A DNA stretch of 64,000 bases from Nitrospira sp. (GTDB lineage: Bacteria > Nitrospirota > Nitrospiria > Nitrospirales > Nitrospiraceae), in the NCBI GenBank assembly GCA_047150005.1, contig AP038806.1:608001-672000 (forward strand), written 5' to 3'. How positions within the stretch are numbered: the stretch's first letter is position 1; every line of letters starts with the position of its first letter. Shown piece by piece: positions 1 to 9,921 of the stretch. The translations under genes and the position numbers were made by a program. The notes under the pieces were generated by a model. That model had not been told where the DNA came from, searched no databases, and worked only from the letters and a program-made list of their open reading frames with translations.

Positions 1-2167
1 ATGTTTTTTCTTGCCAGGCACGCACTCGTCTGGCCGTGATCACTCCATCCACTCGTTCGATCGCCTTCAACACTTGATCCAGGTGCTGCGTACCTGACAC
101 CTCGATGATAAAGTCCAGAAGGGCCTTTCGGTCTTCGCGCGTTGCGATCTCCGCCCTGCTGATGTTGGCACGGCATTCCGCAATGGCCGAGGACACATTG
201 GCCAGCACCCCTGTCTTGTCCACGGCCATCACCGATACCTTGACGGCGTGCGTACTGGGCGTGGCTGAATCCCATTCGACTTCGACCAATCGCTCCCGGT
301 CATAATCCAACGCCTCGAGGTTCGGACAATCGATGGCATGGATGGTCAACCCGCGCCCCCGGGTGATGTATCCGAGGATGCGATCTCCCGGCACCGGATT
401 ACAGCAACGCGACAGTTGCATCAACAGATCTCGAGCCCCTCTGACTTTGACCCCCTTGTCGTCGCTTCTGCCGGACGGCGCCTTTTTTTCGGGCAGTCGC
501 TCTTCGGTCGGGGTCGAGGCGACCGTCAGTTTACCGATCACCTGTGCCGTCGGAATGTGGCCGAACCCGACCGCCGCCGCCAGATCATCCGTCGTATCGA
601 ATCCCGCCTGCTGGGCCACATCCAACAACTCAGCCGACTTCAACATCTGGGCGGGGGCCATGCCGTGTCGCCGAAACTCAGATTCCAACAGACGTCGTCC
701 GATTTCAATGCTGCGTTTCTGCTCCTCATCCTTGATCCAATGTTTGATCTTGGTCTTGGCACGTGACGTACGGACGAATTTCAACCAATCTTTGTGCGGA
801 GTCTGAGTGGGAGAGGTAAGAATCTCGACTGTGTCTCCGCTCTCCAACTGATGCTTCAAGGGAACGATCTTCCCATTGACCTTGGCGCCGACACAGTGAT
901 CGCCGACTTCGGTGTGGATCGCAAAGGCAAAGTCCACCGGCGTCGAGCCCTTCGGCAATTCCTTCAGTATTCCCTTGGGCGTGAAGACGTAGACGACGTC
1001 GTGAAAGAGGTCGAGCCTGACGGAATCCATGAACTGACGGTTATCGGTCAGGTCGCGCTGCCACTCTACGAATTGATGCAGCCAGCCGAAGGCCTTGCTG
1101 TCCCTATCCGTAACGCGTCCCTGCTCCTTGTACTTCCAATGAGCCGCGATCCCGTATTCGGCTACTCGGTGCATGTCCTCAGTTCTGATCTGAAATTCAA
1201 CGTGTTCACCCTTCGGGCCGACGACGGTCGTATGCAATGATTGATACAGATTGGACTTGGGAATGGCGATGTAGTCTTTGAAGCGCCCGGGGACCGGACG
1301 CCAGAGAGAATGGATCACGCCCACCAAGGCATAGCAGCTCATTTTGGTGTCGGTCACGATACGCAATGCCGTCAGGTCGTAGACTTCTTCGAACGAGATG
1401 GCCTGCTTGTTCATCTTTTGATAAATCCCAAAGAGATGCTTGGGACGGCCATACACCTGCCCGGACAACCCATTCTCCCGCATCGCGTGATCCACCAACT
1501 CGATGACTTCCTGGATGTACTGCTGCCGATCCTCGTCTCGCTTTGCGACACGCACCCTGAGCATTTCATAGACATCGGGCTTCAGATGCTTCAAGCACAG
1601 GTCTTCCAATTCATTCTTGATCCACCCGATTCCTAAGCGATTGGCGAGCGGCGCGTAGATCTCCAACGTTTCCTGCGCGATGGCCTGCCGTTTGGCGGGG
1701 CTGAGATGCTCCAGCGTGCGCATGTTGTGCAGACGATCGGCGAGCTTGATGAGCACGACGCGGATGTCGTCCGCCATCGAGAGCACCATCTTTCTGAAGT
1801 TCTCCGCTTGCTTTTCCTCGTAGCTTTTGAAGGTGATCTTACCGATCTTGGTGACGCCGTCGACAAGATGCACGACCTCTTTGCCGAACTCCTTTTCAAG
1901 CTCTTCGGGCGTCGCGACGGTGTCCTCCAGGGTATCGTGAAGCAGCCCGGCCACGATGGCCGTCACGTCCGTCTTCAGCGAGGTCAGGACTCCCGCCACA
2001 GCGATGGGATGCTGAAGATAGGGCTCGCCGGACCGTCGGAGTTGGCCTTGGTGCGCGCGAGCCGAAAATTCATACGCCTTCCGCACGACTCCCAAATCTG
2101 CGTCGACATGATAGCTCTTGACTCGGTCGAGCAACTGGTCAAGATCCGTTACAGTTTCATACACCAT
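1..2167 (-). CDS. relA: Bifunctional (p)ppGpp synthetase/hydrolase, RelA/SpoT family; stop codon just outside the window
   Basis: Manual translation from ATG at 2167: MVYETVTDLDQLLDRVKSYH...AHQGQLRRSGEPYLQHPIAVA; HD hydrolase region; ends in ACT domain ...VLKAIERVDGVITARRVRAWQEKT. Absent from the ORF track because it runs off the edge. Confidence 0.95.
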   Translation of the reverse strand, partial: MVYETVTDLDQLLDRVKSYHVDADLGVVRKAYEFSARAHQGQLRRSGEPYLQHPIAVAGVLTSLKTDVTAIVAGLLHDTLEDTVATPEELEKEFGKEVVHLVDGVTKIGKITFKSYEEKQAENFRKMVLSMADDIRVVLIKLADRLHNMRTLEHLSPAKRQAIAQETLEIYAPLANRLGIGWIKNELEDLCLKHLKPDVYEMLRVRVAKRDEDRQQYIQEVIELVDHAMRENGLSGQVYGRPKHLFGIYQKMNKQAISFEEVYDLTALRIVTDTKMSCYALVGVIHSLWRPVPGRFKDYIAIPKSNLYQSLHTTVVGPKGEHVEFQIRTEDMHRVAEYGIAAHWKYKEQGRVTDRDSKAFGWLHQFVEWQRDLTDNRQFMDSVRLDLFHDVVYVFTPKGILKELPKGSTPVDFAFAIHTEVGDHCVGAKVNGKIVPLKHQLESGDTVEILTSPTQTPHKDWLKFVRTSRAKTKIKHWIKDEEQKRSIEIGRRLLESEFRRHGMAPAQMLKSAELLDVAQQAGFDTTDDLAAAVGFGHIPTAQVIGKLTVASTPTEERLPEKKAPSGRSDDKGVKVRGARDLLMQLSRCCNPVPGDRILGYITRGRGLTIHAIDCPNLEALDYDRERLVEVEWDSATPSTHAVKVSVMAVDKTGVLANVSSAIAECRANISRAEIATREDRKALLDFIIEVSGTQHLDQVLKAIERVDGVITARRVRAWQEKT

Positions 2168-2171
2168 CGCG

Positions 2172-3875
2172 TTACTCCCGAACACTTGGGCGCAGGTCGC
2201 GAATCCTGAGTTGTATCCGATCGAAGCCGTTCCACCGGTTCATCTCGGGTAGAAAGGCCAAGTCGACCGGGGAGCAGGGCGGAATTCCTCGGTCTTCTAA
2301 TGATCGCATCCCAAACCCAATGCTATCAAATGGCAGGGAGCGCCCCTGTCGCACCGTCATTTTCAGATGCCGTTCCCCCACGGTACGAGCCTCCACGATC
2401 TCGAGGCCTTTCACCGCAAAGGTCGGCTCTGGGTTACCGGCACCGAACGGATGCAACGCGCGGATCTCTTCGATCAATTTGGTCGTCACATCGGACAGTT
2501 TCAATTCCGCGTCCACATGCAGGGTCGGAACCCCCGCATGACTGTTCGCCCAATCTCCCGCAATCGCCGCAAACCGGTCGCGAAACTCGGCAATGTGAGC
2601 CTCGCGCACCGTGACACCTGCCGCGCTCGGATGTCCGCCGAATGCTTCCAGAAGATCACGGCACGCCGCCAAGCTCCGATAGAGGTCGAAGTTCCCGATC
2701 GTCCGTGCCGAGCCCTTCCCCAAACCATGGTCATCGATGGCGATGACCACCGCAGGACGCTGATACCGATCAACCAACCTTGCTGCAACGATACCGACTA
2801 CTCCCACATGCCAGCGTCGCGACGCGAGTACCAACGTGGCCGGCAATTCCGGTTCCAGCATCTTGACCATCGCAAGGGCTTCCGCGAGGACCTCGGCCTC
2901 AATTGATTGCCGTTCACGGTTGAGCTGCTCGAGCTGATCGGCGAGTCGGCGCGCCTCCGAGGGCGACTCGGTGGTCAGAAGTTCCACCCCGAGCAACGCA
3001 TGATCCAATCGGCCGGCGGCATTGAGCCTGGGAGCCAACTTGAAGGCAATGGTTTCGGCAGTACAATCTTTCGTCACGCCGGCCACCTGCTTCAGCGCAC
3101 GTATCCCGCAGCGAGCCCCGCGCGACAGCTGAGCCAGCCCAGCTCGGACAAATCCTTTGTTTTCATTCTGCAGCGGGACCACGTCTGCAATCGTGGCGAG
3201 TGCGACCAAGTCCAACAGGGATTCCAACGGCATCCCGGCGTCCCCATAGCGCGATTGGTATGCCTCGATCACCTTGTAGGCCAAGGCAGCCGAGCAGAGA
3301 CCACGGAACGGATATCGGGCGTCCGCCCGATGCGGATTCAGGACCGCCACGGCCGGTGGCATCCGCTCATCCGTCTGGTGATGGTCGGTCACAATGACGT
3401 CCAGTCCCAGTTCCATCGCCAATGCCAACTCACGATGAGCGGTGGTGCCACAATCCGATGTGACGAGTAGCGAGATCCCTTCGGCCCGCAACCGCCGCAC
3501 AGCTTCCGCATGGAGCCCATATCCTTCACGCTGGCGATGGGGCACGTAGGCGCGAACCCGGGCCCCCAAAGCGGCGAAGAACGAAAGATACAGACTCGTG
3601 GCGGTCATCCCGTCCACATCGTAGTCCCCATAAAAGCAGATGTGTTCGTTGTCGACCACGGCTCGCCGCAGACGCTCGACGGCCGGCTCCATGTCCGGGA
3701 TGAGATACGGATCGTGGGAAAGCTGATGGCACATCCAGGAGGCGGCTTCGTCAGGCGTCGTCACGCCCCTCGCAACGAGCAGCGAGGCCGTCGCGGACGA
3801 TATCGACAGGGCCTGTTCCAGAACATCACGATGAACGGGATTGATGTCGCGGAAAACCCAGAGCTTGGACTTCAT
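2172..3875 (-). CDS. recJ: Single-stranded-DNA-specific exonuclease RecJ
   Basis: DHH-family motifs YGDYDVDG, SDCG, TDHH, PRLNAAGRL, GSARTI, GGHPSAAG. Confidence 0.97.
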   Translation of the reverse strand: MKSKLWVFRDINPVHRDVLEQALSISSATASLLVARGVTTPDEAASWMCHQLSHDPYLIPDMEPAVERLRRAVVDNEHICFYGDYDVDGMTATSLYLSFFAALGARVRAYVPHRQREGYGLHAEAVRRLRAEGISLLVTSDCGTTAHRELALAMELGLDVIVTDHHQTDERMPPAVAVLNPHRADARYPFRGLCSAALAYKVIEAYQSRYGDAGMPLESLLDLVALATIADVVPLQNENKGFVRAGLAQLSRGARCGIRALKQVAGVTKDCTAETIAFKLAPRLNAAGRLDHALLGVELLTTESPSEARRLADQLEQLNRERQSIEAEVLAEALAMVKMLEPELPATLVLASRRWHVGVVGIVAARLVDRYQRPAVVIAIDDHGLGKGSARTIGNFDLYRSLAACRDLLEAFGGHPSAAGVTVREAHIAEFRDRFAAIAGDWANSHAGVPTLHVDAELKLSDVTTKLIEEIRALHPFGAGNPEPTFAVKGLEIVEARTVGERHLKMTVRQGRSLPFDSIGFGMRSLEDRGIPPCSPVDLAFLPEMNRWNGFDRIQLRIRDLRPSVRE

Positions 3876-3933
3876 ACCACCCTCGAGTAGGAGCCCGAGC
3901 CGATAGAGACGTAACTAGACGGATTTTAAGCGG

Positions 3934-3962
3934 ATAGTATAAGGTCATCCTCGCTTTGTCAA
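3934..3962 (-). promoter_or_regulatory. Sigma70-type promoter for recJ-rel
   Basis: Minus strand TTGACA-N17-TACTAT about 60 bp upstream of the recJ start. Confidence 0.65.
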
Positions 3963-4056
3963 ACCGCGTAGGAGAGTACGAAACCGCTGTTGTGTCAGGT
4001 ATGGGAAATCTGGAAGAGCAAGGAAGGCGGAGGGGATAGGTCGATCGAAACGACTC

Positions 4057-4254
4057 TCACTCCCCCCCTTTTTGCACGTAGTTCTTCACGAATTCTTCCG
4101 CGTTTTTCTCAAGGACGTCGTCGATCTCGTCGACCAACTTATCGATGTCTTCCTTGAGTTTCTTTCCAGCCTCGACGACTTTCGGGTTGGCTTTGACCTC
4201 TTCCTTCGCCTGCGGGTCTCTTCGCTGCTCTTGTTTACGCTCTTGCTTCTCCAT
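4057..4254 (-). CDS. pup: Prokaryotic ubiquitin-like protein Pup
   Basis: 65 aa, charged N-terminus, C-terminal DEIDDVLEKNAEEFVKNYVQKGGE matches the Pup signature; GGAGG RBS upstream. Confidence 0.92.
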   Translation of the reverse strand: MEKQERKQEQRRDPQAKEEVKANPKVVEAGKKLKEDIDKLVDEIDDVLEKNAEEFVKNYVQKGGE

Positions 4255-4415
4255 GCGAGCACCTCCCGTACAGCTGGGGCCGTCTCGTGGATCCGTGTCT
4301 GGTCCGTACGTTCACCTTACTCCAGGCGATTTGAGCGCGTCAAGCCGACTGCAAAAACGCGAAAGGCTCGCACGAGGCTTCGCACAGGTTCACCTCCAGA
4401 GAGGAGCCGCATGGA

Positions 4416-6473
4416 TTACCGGACGATCAACGAAACAATGAGTAACGCCACGATGTTGATGACCTTGATCATCGGATTGACCGCTGGTCCTGCCGTGTCC
4501 TTGTAGGGATCCCCGACCGTGTCGCCCGTGACCGCGGCTTTGTGTGTTTCGGTTCCCTTCTTACCCTGCTCTTCGATGTACTTTTTCGCGTTGTCCCAGG
4601 CTCCCCCTCCGCTGGTCATGGAAATCGCCACGAACAGTCCCGTGACGATGCTGCCAACGAGCATGCCCCCCAGTGCCTGAGGGCCGAGGACAACACCGAC
4701 GACGATGGGGGAAAGAACTGGAATCAATCCGGGGATCATCATTTTCTGGATGGCCGCCTGCGTGACGATGTCCACACACGTTCCGTACTCGGGTTTGCCC
4801 GTGCCTTCCATGATTCCTTTGATGGTTCGAAACTGTCTGCGCACTTCTTCAACGATCAAACCGCCGGCTTCGCCGACCGCTTTCATACACAGGGCCCCGA
4901 ACAAGAACGGCAGCATCCCACCCAAGAACAGCCCGACCAGCACTTTCGGATCGGACAAATCAAAAGCCGCCAAGGACGGATTGTTCGCGGCCACTTCCCG
5001 CGCGTATTCCGCAAAGAGCACGACGGCCGCGAGACCGGCCGATCCGATCGCATACCCCTTTGTAACAGCCTTGGTGGTGTTGCCGACCGCATCCAACGGA
5101 TCGGTGATATCCCGCACCGCTTTCCCAAGATGGGACATTTCCGCGATGCCGCCCGCATTGTCGGTGATGGGTCCGAACGCATCGATCGCCACCACGATTC
5201 CGGCCATCGATAACATCGAAACCGCCGCAACTGCCACGCCATAGAGACCGCCGGAAGCCGCGCCGCCGCAGACCCAATAGCTAGCAAGTATCGCAGCTGC
5301 GATCATGACGACTGGAGCCGCCGTCGACTGCATCCCGACGGCCAGACCGGCGATGATGTTGGTGGCATGCCCCGTTTCGCTGGCTTTCGCGATGTACTTG
5401 ACCGGCGCATAACTCTTAGACGTGTAGTAGTCGGTGATGAACACCAACGCTAGGGTCACGATCAAGCCCATCAAGGCTGCGATGTAATAATTGACGGCGC
5501 CGACTCCACCCACACCGTCCATGATGCTCGAGGTAATCGGGAAAAATGCCACGGCGGCGATGCCGCCCGCGACGAAAAGGCCTTTGTAAAGAGCCGGCAT
5601 GATCTCTCCGCTCGGCCCTACTCGCACGAAGAAAATGCCGATGATCGTCGCAAAGACTGTGATGCCTCCGAGAGCCAGCGGATAGAGAATCGGAGCGCTC
5701 TGTCCCTTGAACAGCGTGAATGCCAGGACCATCGCGGCCACCGTCGTGACCGCGTACGTTTCAAACAGATCCGCCGCCATCCCGGCGCAATCCCCCACGT
5801 TGTCGCCCACGTTGTCTGCAATGACCGCCGGGTTCCGCGGGTCGTCTTCCGGAATCCCCGCTTCTACCTTCCCTACAAGGTCGGCTCCCACATCCGCGGC
5901 TTTCGTATAGATACCTCCGCCGACGCGGGCGAAGACCGAGATCAGGCTGCCTCCGAAACCAAGGCTGAGGAGCGCGTGAATCGCCTTTTCCTGTCCAGCG
6001 ATGGATTGGGCGATGGTATAGAAGCCCGTGATCGCCAGCAGCCCCAATCCGATCAACAAGAGACCGGTAACGGCCCCCCCGCGAAACGCGACGGTCAAGG
6101 CCGCGTTCATCCCGTCGTGTGCGGCTTGCGCGGTACGTACGTTTGCCCGAACGGCGATGATCATGCCCACATAGCCGGCCAACGCCGAGGCGCTGGCTCC
6201 GACTAGAAATCCCATGGCGGTCAACAGACCGAATTTGTCGGAGACCGCTCCCGCCCCGGCCAGTACAACGAACAGTACGGCCGCTACGACGGCGACGGTT
6301 CGATACTGCCGGTTCATATACGCGCTGGCGCCTTCCTGAATGGCTTTGGCGATTTCCTGCATCTTTGCGTTGCCGGCGTTCAGTTTGAAGACCCACATCG
6401 CAAGATACAAGCCATAGGCGATGCCGGCCACCGCCGCAACCAACGCAAACGTGACAATCGCTGAATCGTTCAC
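4416..6473 (-). CDS. hppA: Membrane-bound H+-translocating pyrophosphatase, probably K+-independent type
   Basis: [56 protein letters not shown] (Lys) marks the K+-independent clade. Confidence 0.96.
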   Translation of the reverse strand: MNDSAIVTFALVAAVAGIAYGLYLAMWVFKLNAGNAKMQEIAKAIQEGASAYMNRQYRTVAVVAAVLFVVLAGAGAVSDKFGLLTAMGFLVGASASALAGYVGMIIAVRANVRTAQAAHDGMNAALTVAFRGGAVTGLLLIGLGLLAITGFYTIAQSIAGQEKAIHALLSLGFGGSLISVFARVGGGIYTKAADVGADLVGKVEAGIPEDDPRNPAVIADNVGDNVGDCAGMAADLFETYAVTTVAAMVLAFTLFKGQSAPILYPLALGGITVFATIIGIFFVRVGPSGEIMPALYKGLFVAGGIAAVAFFPITSSIMDGVGGVGAVNYYIAALMGLIVTLALVFITDYYTSKSYAPVKYIAKASETGHATNIIAGLAVGMQSTAAPVVMIAAAILASYWVCGGAASGGLYGVAVAAVSMLSMAGIVVAIDAFGPITDNAGGIAEMSHLGKAVRDITDPLDAVGNTTKAVTKGYAIGSAGLAAVVLFAEYAREVAANNPSLAAFDLSDPKVLVGLFLGGMLPFLFGALCMKAVGEAGGLIVEEVRRQFRTIKGIMEGTGKPEYGTCVDIVTQAAIQKMMIPGLIPVLSPIVVGVVLGPQALGGMLVGSIVTGLFVAISMTSGGGAWDNAKKYIEEQGKKGTETHKAAVTGDTVGDPYKDTAGPAVNPMIKVINIVALLIVSLIVR

Positions 6474-6620
6474 GGGATGCCTCCTGGTAGTTAAACGACG
6501 CTCTTATGTCACACGGTGACCCCTGGCTTCAACCCAACGAAAGTACGGAAATCAGAAGGGGAAACCGCGGAGTGGTGTAGGTACGTCGTTAGCGAAGCTG
6601 CGAGTCTGAAAAGTCGCGCC

Positions 6621-6649
6621 ATTCTATAGACACGCAGCAGAAGGATCAA
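6621..6649 (-). promoter_or_regulatory. Sigma70-type promoter for hppA (possibly hppA-pup)
   Basis: Minus strand TTGATC-N17-TAGAAT about 150 bp upstream of the GTG start. Confidence 0.55.
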
Positions 6650-6763
6650 GAGGAAAGGAGGAAGCCGCCGGCTGGGCAATGGGTCGGCCGTGTGATGGAT
6701 ACCCTCAAGAATTCACGTACTCCTACCGGACCCATAACGTAGATACGGCTTCACAGACTTGGT

Positions 6764-7211
6764 CCGGATACACTCTCTGCCGGGGACCGGACGGCCTTTC
6801 ATGAGACCGCCGAGCAGCACCTATCGAACGACGTCTCATTCGACATTCGCCCGGGGCGCCTCGGCGGCGAGTGGCCGTTGCAGGGAGAGTTCCGATTGCG
6901 TAGTTTCAACGCCATGTTGAATTTCCTCGAGGTGTCGGTCGAGGAGGAATTGGAATACCACGTCGGCAAGGATCCGCGCACCCCCGAGGTGCGCGGAGAA
7001 TCCAGTCAGAACCTTGGACCTGCTCGTCCAAGAGGCTTCGCCCCAAGACACCGACCTGAGCGTCTATTCACATGGATGGCACTACGCCGTCAACGCAGCA
7101 GGCCCTCAAGGCAGGTGGAACCGAGAAGCCGTCAAGCTGCTGTTTCAGCTGTTCCGGATGACGGCAACCGAAATCCCGCGCAGAGATCCTCCCATCACCA
7201 TCGCCAAGTAG
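6764..7211 (+). pseudogene. Frameshifted C-terminal remnant of a hypothetical protein
   Basis: Frame 1 PDTLSAGDRTAFHETAEQHLSNDVSFDIRPGRLGGEWPLQGEFRLRSFNAMLNFL...KDPRTPEV joins, after one extra base near 6992, AENPVRTLDLLVQE...RWNREAVKLLFQLFRMTATEIPRRDPPITIAK*; no start codon or RBS. Confidence 0.55.
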
Positions 7212-7368
7212 ACGCGGTTCCGGGATACGCCCTGCCTCTCCAACGATAATCCTGACTCCCGGTGGGCTGTGGCGGGCAACGTCTCCAGCGCAAGGAGACG
7301 ACGACAATGTCGAACCAGATGCCGGGCTCGAAGAGATCTTGTACAGAGTTCCTGAAAGGATGAGACGG

Positions 7369-8358
7369 TCATGGCATCGCTGCTGCGCGAGAAAACATCC
7401 GCTTGGGTACATCGAATGCGAAGCGCAGTTGAACGGCCCAATATTCCTGGATCAGCGTGCCCGGTGTGTCCAACGGAAGATCCTGTTCGCGATAGACGCT
7501 GAGTTCGTAGTCATCCTTGAAACGAAACGCCAAACCGACGATCCAATCCAACTCTGTGGGCCTGAGCTTGTTGCTCAATTCGCGGTCGGTGAAGAAGTTC
7601 GTGTCGCCATAAAGAACGACTTTGTTCTTGTACAAATCCAAGTCGACATGGGCTACATACCGAAAAAGCGCCCGCCCGGTATTGTCGGGCCGGGCGAAGT
7701 AGTTGATATTGTGAAACAGCCAACCAAACCCCATATATGCGTTCAAATTCTGGTTCGGGAATTGGTGCCGCCACCAGGAGAAATCGTCGACGGCATGAAG
7801 ATTACCGGTTGCCAACACATCGGCATAGATCTGCTTGAGTCCGCTCCGGTCCAGTGGAGCATCACGCTCATACTGGATGCGCCAGCCCCACCGATCAATG
7901 AGGCCGGTCAGGGCATAAGTCATATCCCATTCGCTGAGCTCGATCCACCCATTCTTGCGATCAGAAAAGAAATTCTGATCCGTATAGAAGGTCAGGTATT
8001 GTTTGTAGAGGTCCATCTCAAGATGGGCCATGTAGCGCATCCCAACGAGACCGGTATTGTCCGGACGAGCGGCAAAAGTTGGGTTCACGACAAAAGGGGC
8101 GACCAGAAGGTATCCACCGAATAAGGTCTCTTCGGCCGCTCGAACCTCATTGCCTGCCTCGCCTTGTTCCTCCATGGAAGGCAGGGGACGACCGTATTTC
8201 TCCAAAGCCTGAACGGAACCAGCGCACGGCATCTCGGCAAGCAGCATCAACAGGGAAAAACGCAACAGCAGGCCGCGGTGCGGGATTGTTCCGGAACGGG
8301 CGACACGTGCCCGTAGATCGAATTGTAGTGAATCGAGTATGTGAATCGAGTGCGTCAT
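7369..8358 (-). CDS. Exported protein with internal duplication, possible outer-membrane beta-barrel
   Basis: Signal-like N-terminus; two copies of N..F.ARPDNTG...RY.AH...DLYK......Y.D.NFF.DR; aromatic-rich alternating beta strands. Confidence 0.7.
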   Translation of the reverse strand: MTHSIHILDSLQFDLRARVARSGTIPHRGLLLRFSLLMLLAEMPCAGSVQALEKYGRPLPSMEEQGEAGNEVRAAEETLFGGYLLVAPFVVNPTFAARPDNTGLVGMRYMAHLEMDLYKQYLTFYTDQNFFSDRKNGWIELSEWDMTYALTGLIDRWGWRIQYERDAPLDRSGLKQIYADVLATGNLHAVDDFSWWRHQFPNQNLNAYMGFGWLFHNINYFARPDNTGRALFRYVAHVDLDLYKNKVVLYGDTNFFTDRELSNKLRPTELDWIVGLAFRFKDDYELSVYREQDLPLDTPGTLIQEYWAVQLRFAFDVPKRMFSRAAAMP

Positions 8359-8657
8359 GACGAGGCTCCTTCCCTCGGTCCCTGCGGACCACTGGAGCCG
8401 TCGTCACACGTCCAAGGCAGGCTCAGAGGGCGTACAGACAAGAATCTCGTTGGGTCGCGCAGGGAGGCGATCACTGAAATCGGTTAATTGCTTACTATCG
8501 TCGCTTTCCATGTCAGGGCCTCACAGTCTGATTGCGGCCGAATGTCTAAATTCTTTCCTCACCCACGGTCTAAGACCGCGCGATCACGACTACATCTTCG
8601 CTAGGCTTCTACCGAAAGATCGGCGATCTGTCAAGCACCCTGACATTGCACTTAGAC

Positions 8658-9038
8658 TTACGGGAAACAGGTTGCAAAGATGGCCTCGCAGTCGTCGTCT
8701 TCGGTCCCCGCTTTTTGAGGTACTGTTCGGAATTCGACTCCCGTAACTTTCTCGTGCTCGATCAGGAGGCTGGCCCAGCAGCCATGATGCTCGCCCGGGG
8801 TGCTGCCTTTCAAAAATGGGCGTGACTCCTCAAACATAGACGCCTCCTTGTAATAGCGAAGGATGACGCCGTCCTCATATTGAACCTGCCTAACCGGTGT
8901 CCCCGCACATTGAAGAATGCTGGTGTGAGTCTTCCCCATAAGGCGTTGTGCCATCGGATTCCTGGTTGGTTCCAGTGGCGTCGACGCGCATCCGATTGAG
9001 AGAAGAAGTATAAGCGTGGCTGCGGACAGGACATACAT
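8658..9038 (-). CDS. Putative lipoprotein
   Basis: Hydrophobic signal and lipobox-like LSIGC; three further Cys plus a C-terminal Cys. Confidence 0.65.
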   Translation of the reverse strand: MYVLSAATLILLLSIGCASTPLEPTRNPMAQRLMGKTHTSILQCAGTPVRQVQYEDGVILRYYKEASMFEESRPFLKGSTPGEHHGCWASLLIEHEKVTGVEFRTVPQKAGTEDDDCEAIFATCFP

Positions 9039-9476
9039 CGGTCGTTAGCCTACAGTATAGACATCGGAGAGACAACCGCCTCTGCCTCTATGAGCCGGAC
9101 TTGCTGTCTCACCTTGCACAATCAAATCTACCCGCTCGATTTATCACCGTAGCGGCTTTGCCAACCCGGATAGAAGCGGTACGATCGCCTGCATTTTTCG
9201 AGTCAGCGAAACGATGCGAGAGCGCCTGTATGGCACAACGTATCGCTCCCGCTCTTGGGATCGAATTCTACACTTTCCGGACTTCTCGTCGTTTCACCCA
9301 TCCCATTTTCAAGAGGTTTGTTGACGGGCCATGCGGATGTTTCGTTATCGTCCCTAAGGAACCCTCGAGAGGGAGGGACATCCTCGCAGATATACGGAGA
9401 GTAACAGAGCTCGCATTAGGGTAGGTCTTTCCCAGCGAGGGGGAAAGTGTGATGCCTCAAGAACGGCAAGCAAGCC

Positions 9477-9809
9477 ATGGCAAGGCTGCTCTTGCACTCA
9501 TGTTCGTTGCCGGATTGGAAGGACTTTGCTATAGTCCCGCCCGGAGGGGGATCAGTGGGGTTCGAGCCCAATTATATCGTGGTCGACGGTCAAACGTTCA
9601 GCAAAGCCAAGCTGGGATTGGACAATCACGTCTACAAGAACTGCCAGATCGATGATTGCGACTTGTATTACAGCGGAGGACAGTACGAGCTCATCGACAC
9701 CCATATCACCAATTCACGGTTGATTCTGAATCATCCCGCCAAAGGAATCTATCACGCACTCCAGATCTTTAAGATGAAATCGCCTGGGTCCCGCATCATC
9801 TTCGAATAG
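9477..9809 (+). CDS. Small hypothetical protein
   Basis: 110 aa ORF with protein-like composition (LDNHVYKNCQIDDCDLYYSGG) filling an intergenic gap. Confidence 0.6.
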   Translation: MARLLLHSCSLPDWKDFAIVPPGGGSVGFEPNYIVVDGQTFSKAKLGLDNHVYKNCQIDDCDLYYSGGQYELIDTHITNSRLILNHPAKGIYHALQIFKMKSPGSRIIFE

Positions 9810-9921
9810 AATCTTCCAGCTCAATATCCCCACAATACGACGGAGCAGGACGGACCATCACAGATCTGGAAGAACGCAATCGATCCGAACCGCGGAGCGA
9901 GGAAATCAAACGAGCGGGCTG

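Noticed and set aside
105..2209. Series of plus-strand ORFs at the left edge
   Set aside because: They lie antisense to the rel gene, which the track missed because it runs off the window
4057..4254. UBact instead of Pup
   Set aside because: The C-terminus NAEEFVKNYVQKGGE fits Pup, not the UBact R..QR.GE pattern
9231..9246. Possible sigma54 promoter TGGCAC...GC (also TGGCAC at about 21672)
   Set aside because: GG-to-GC spacing is off by one at 9231, and no -12 TTGC element is present at 21672
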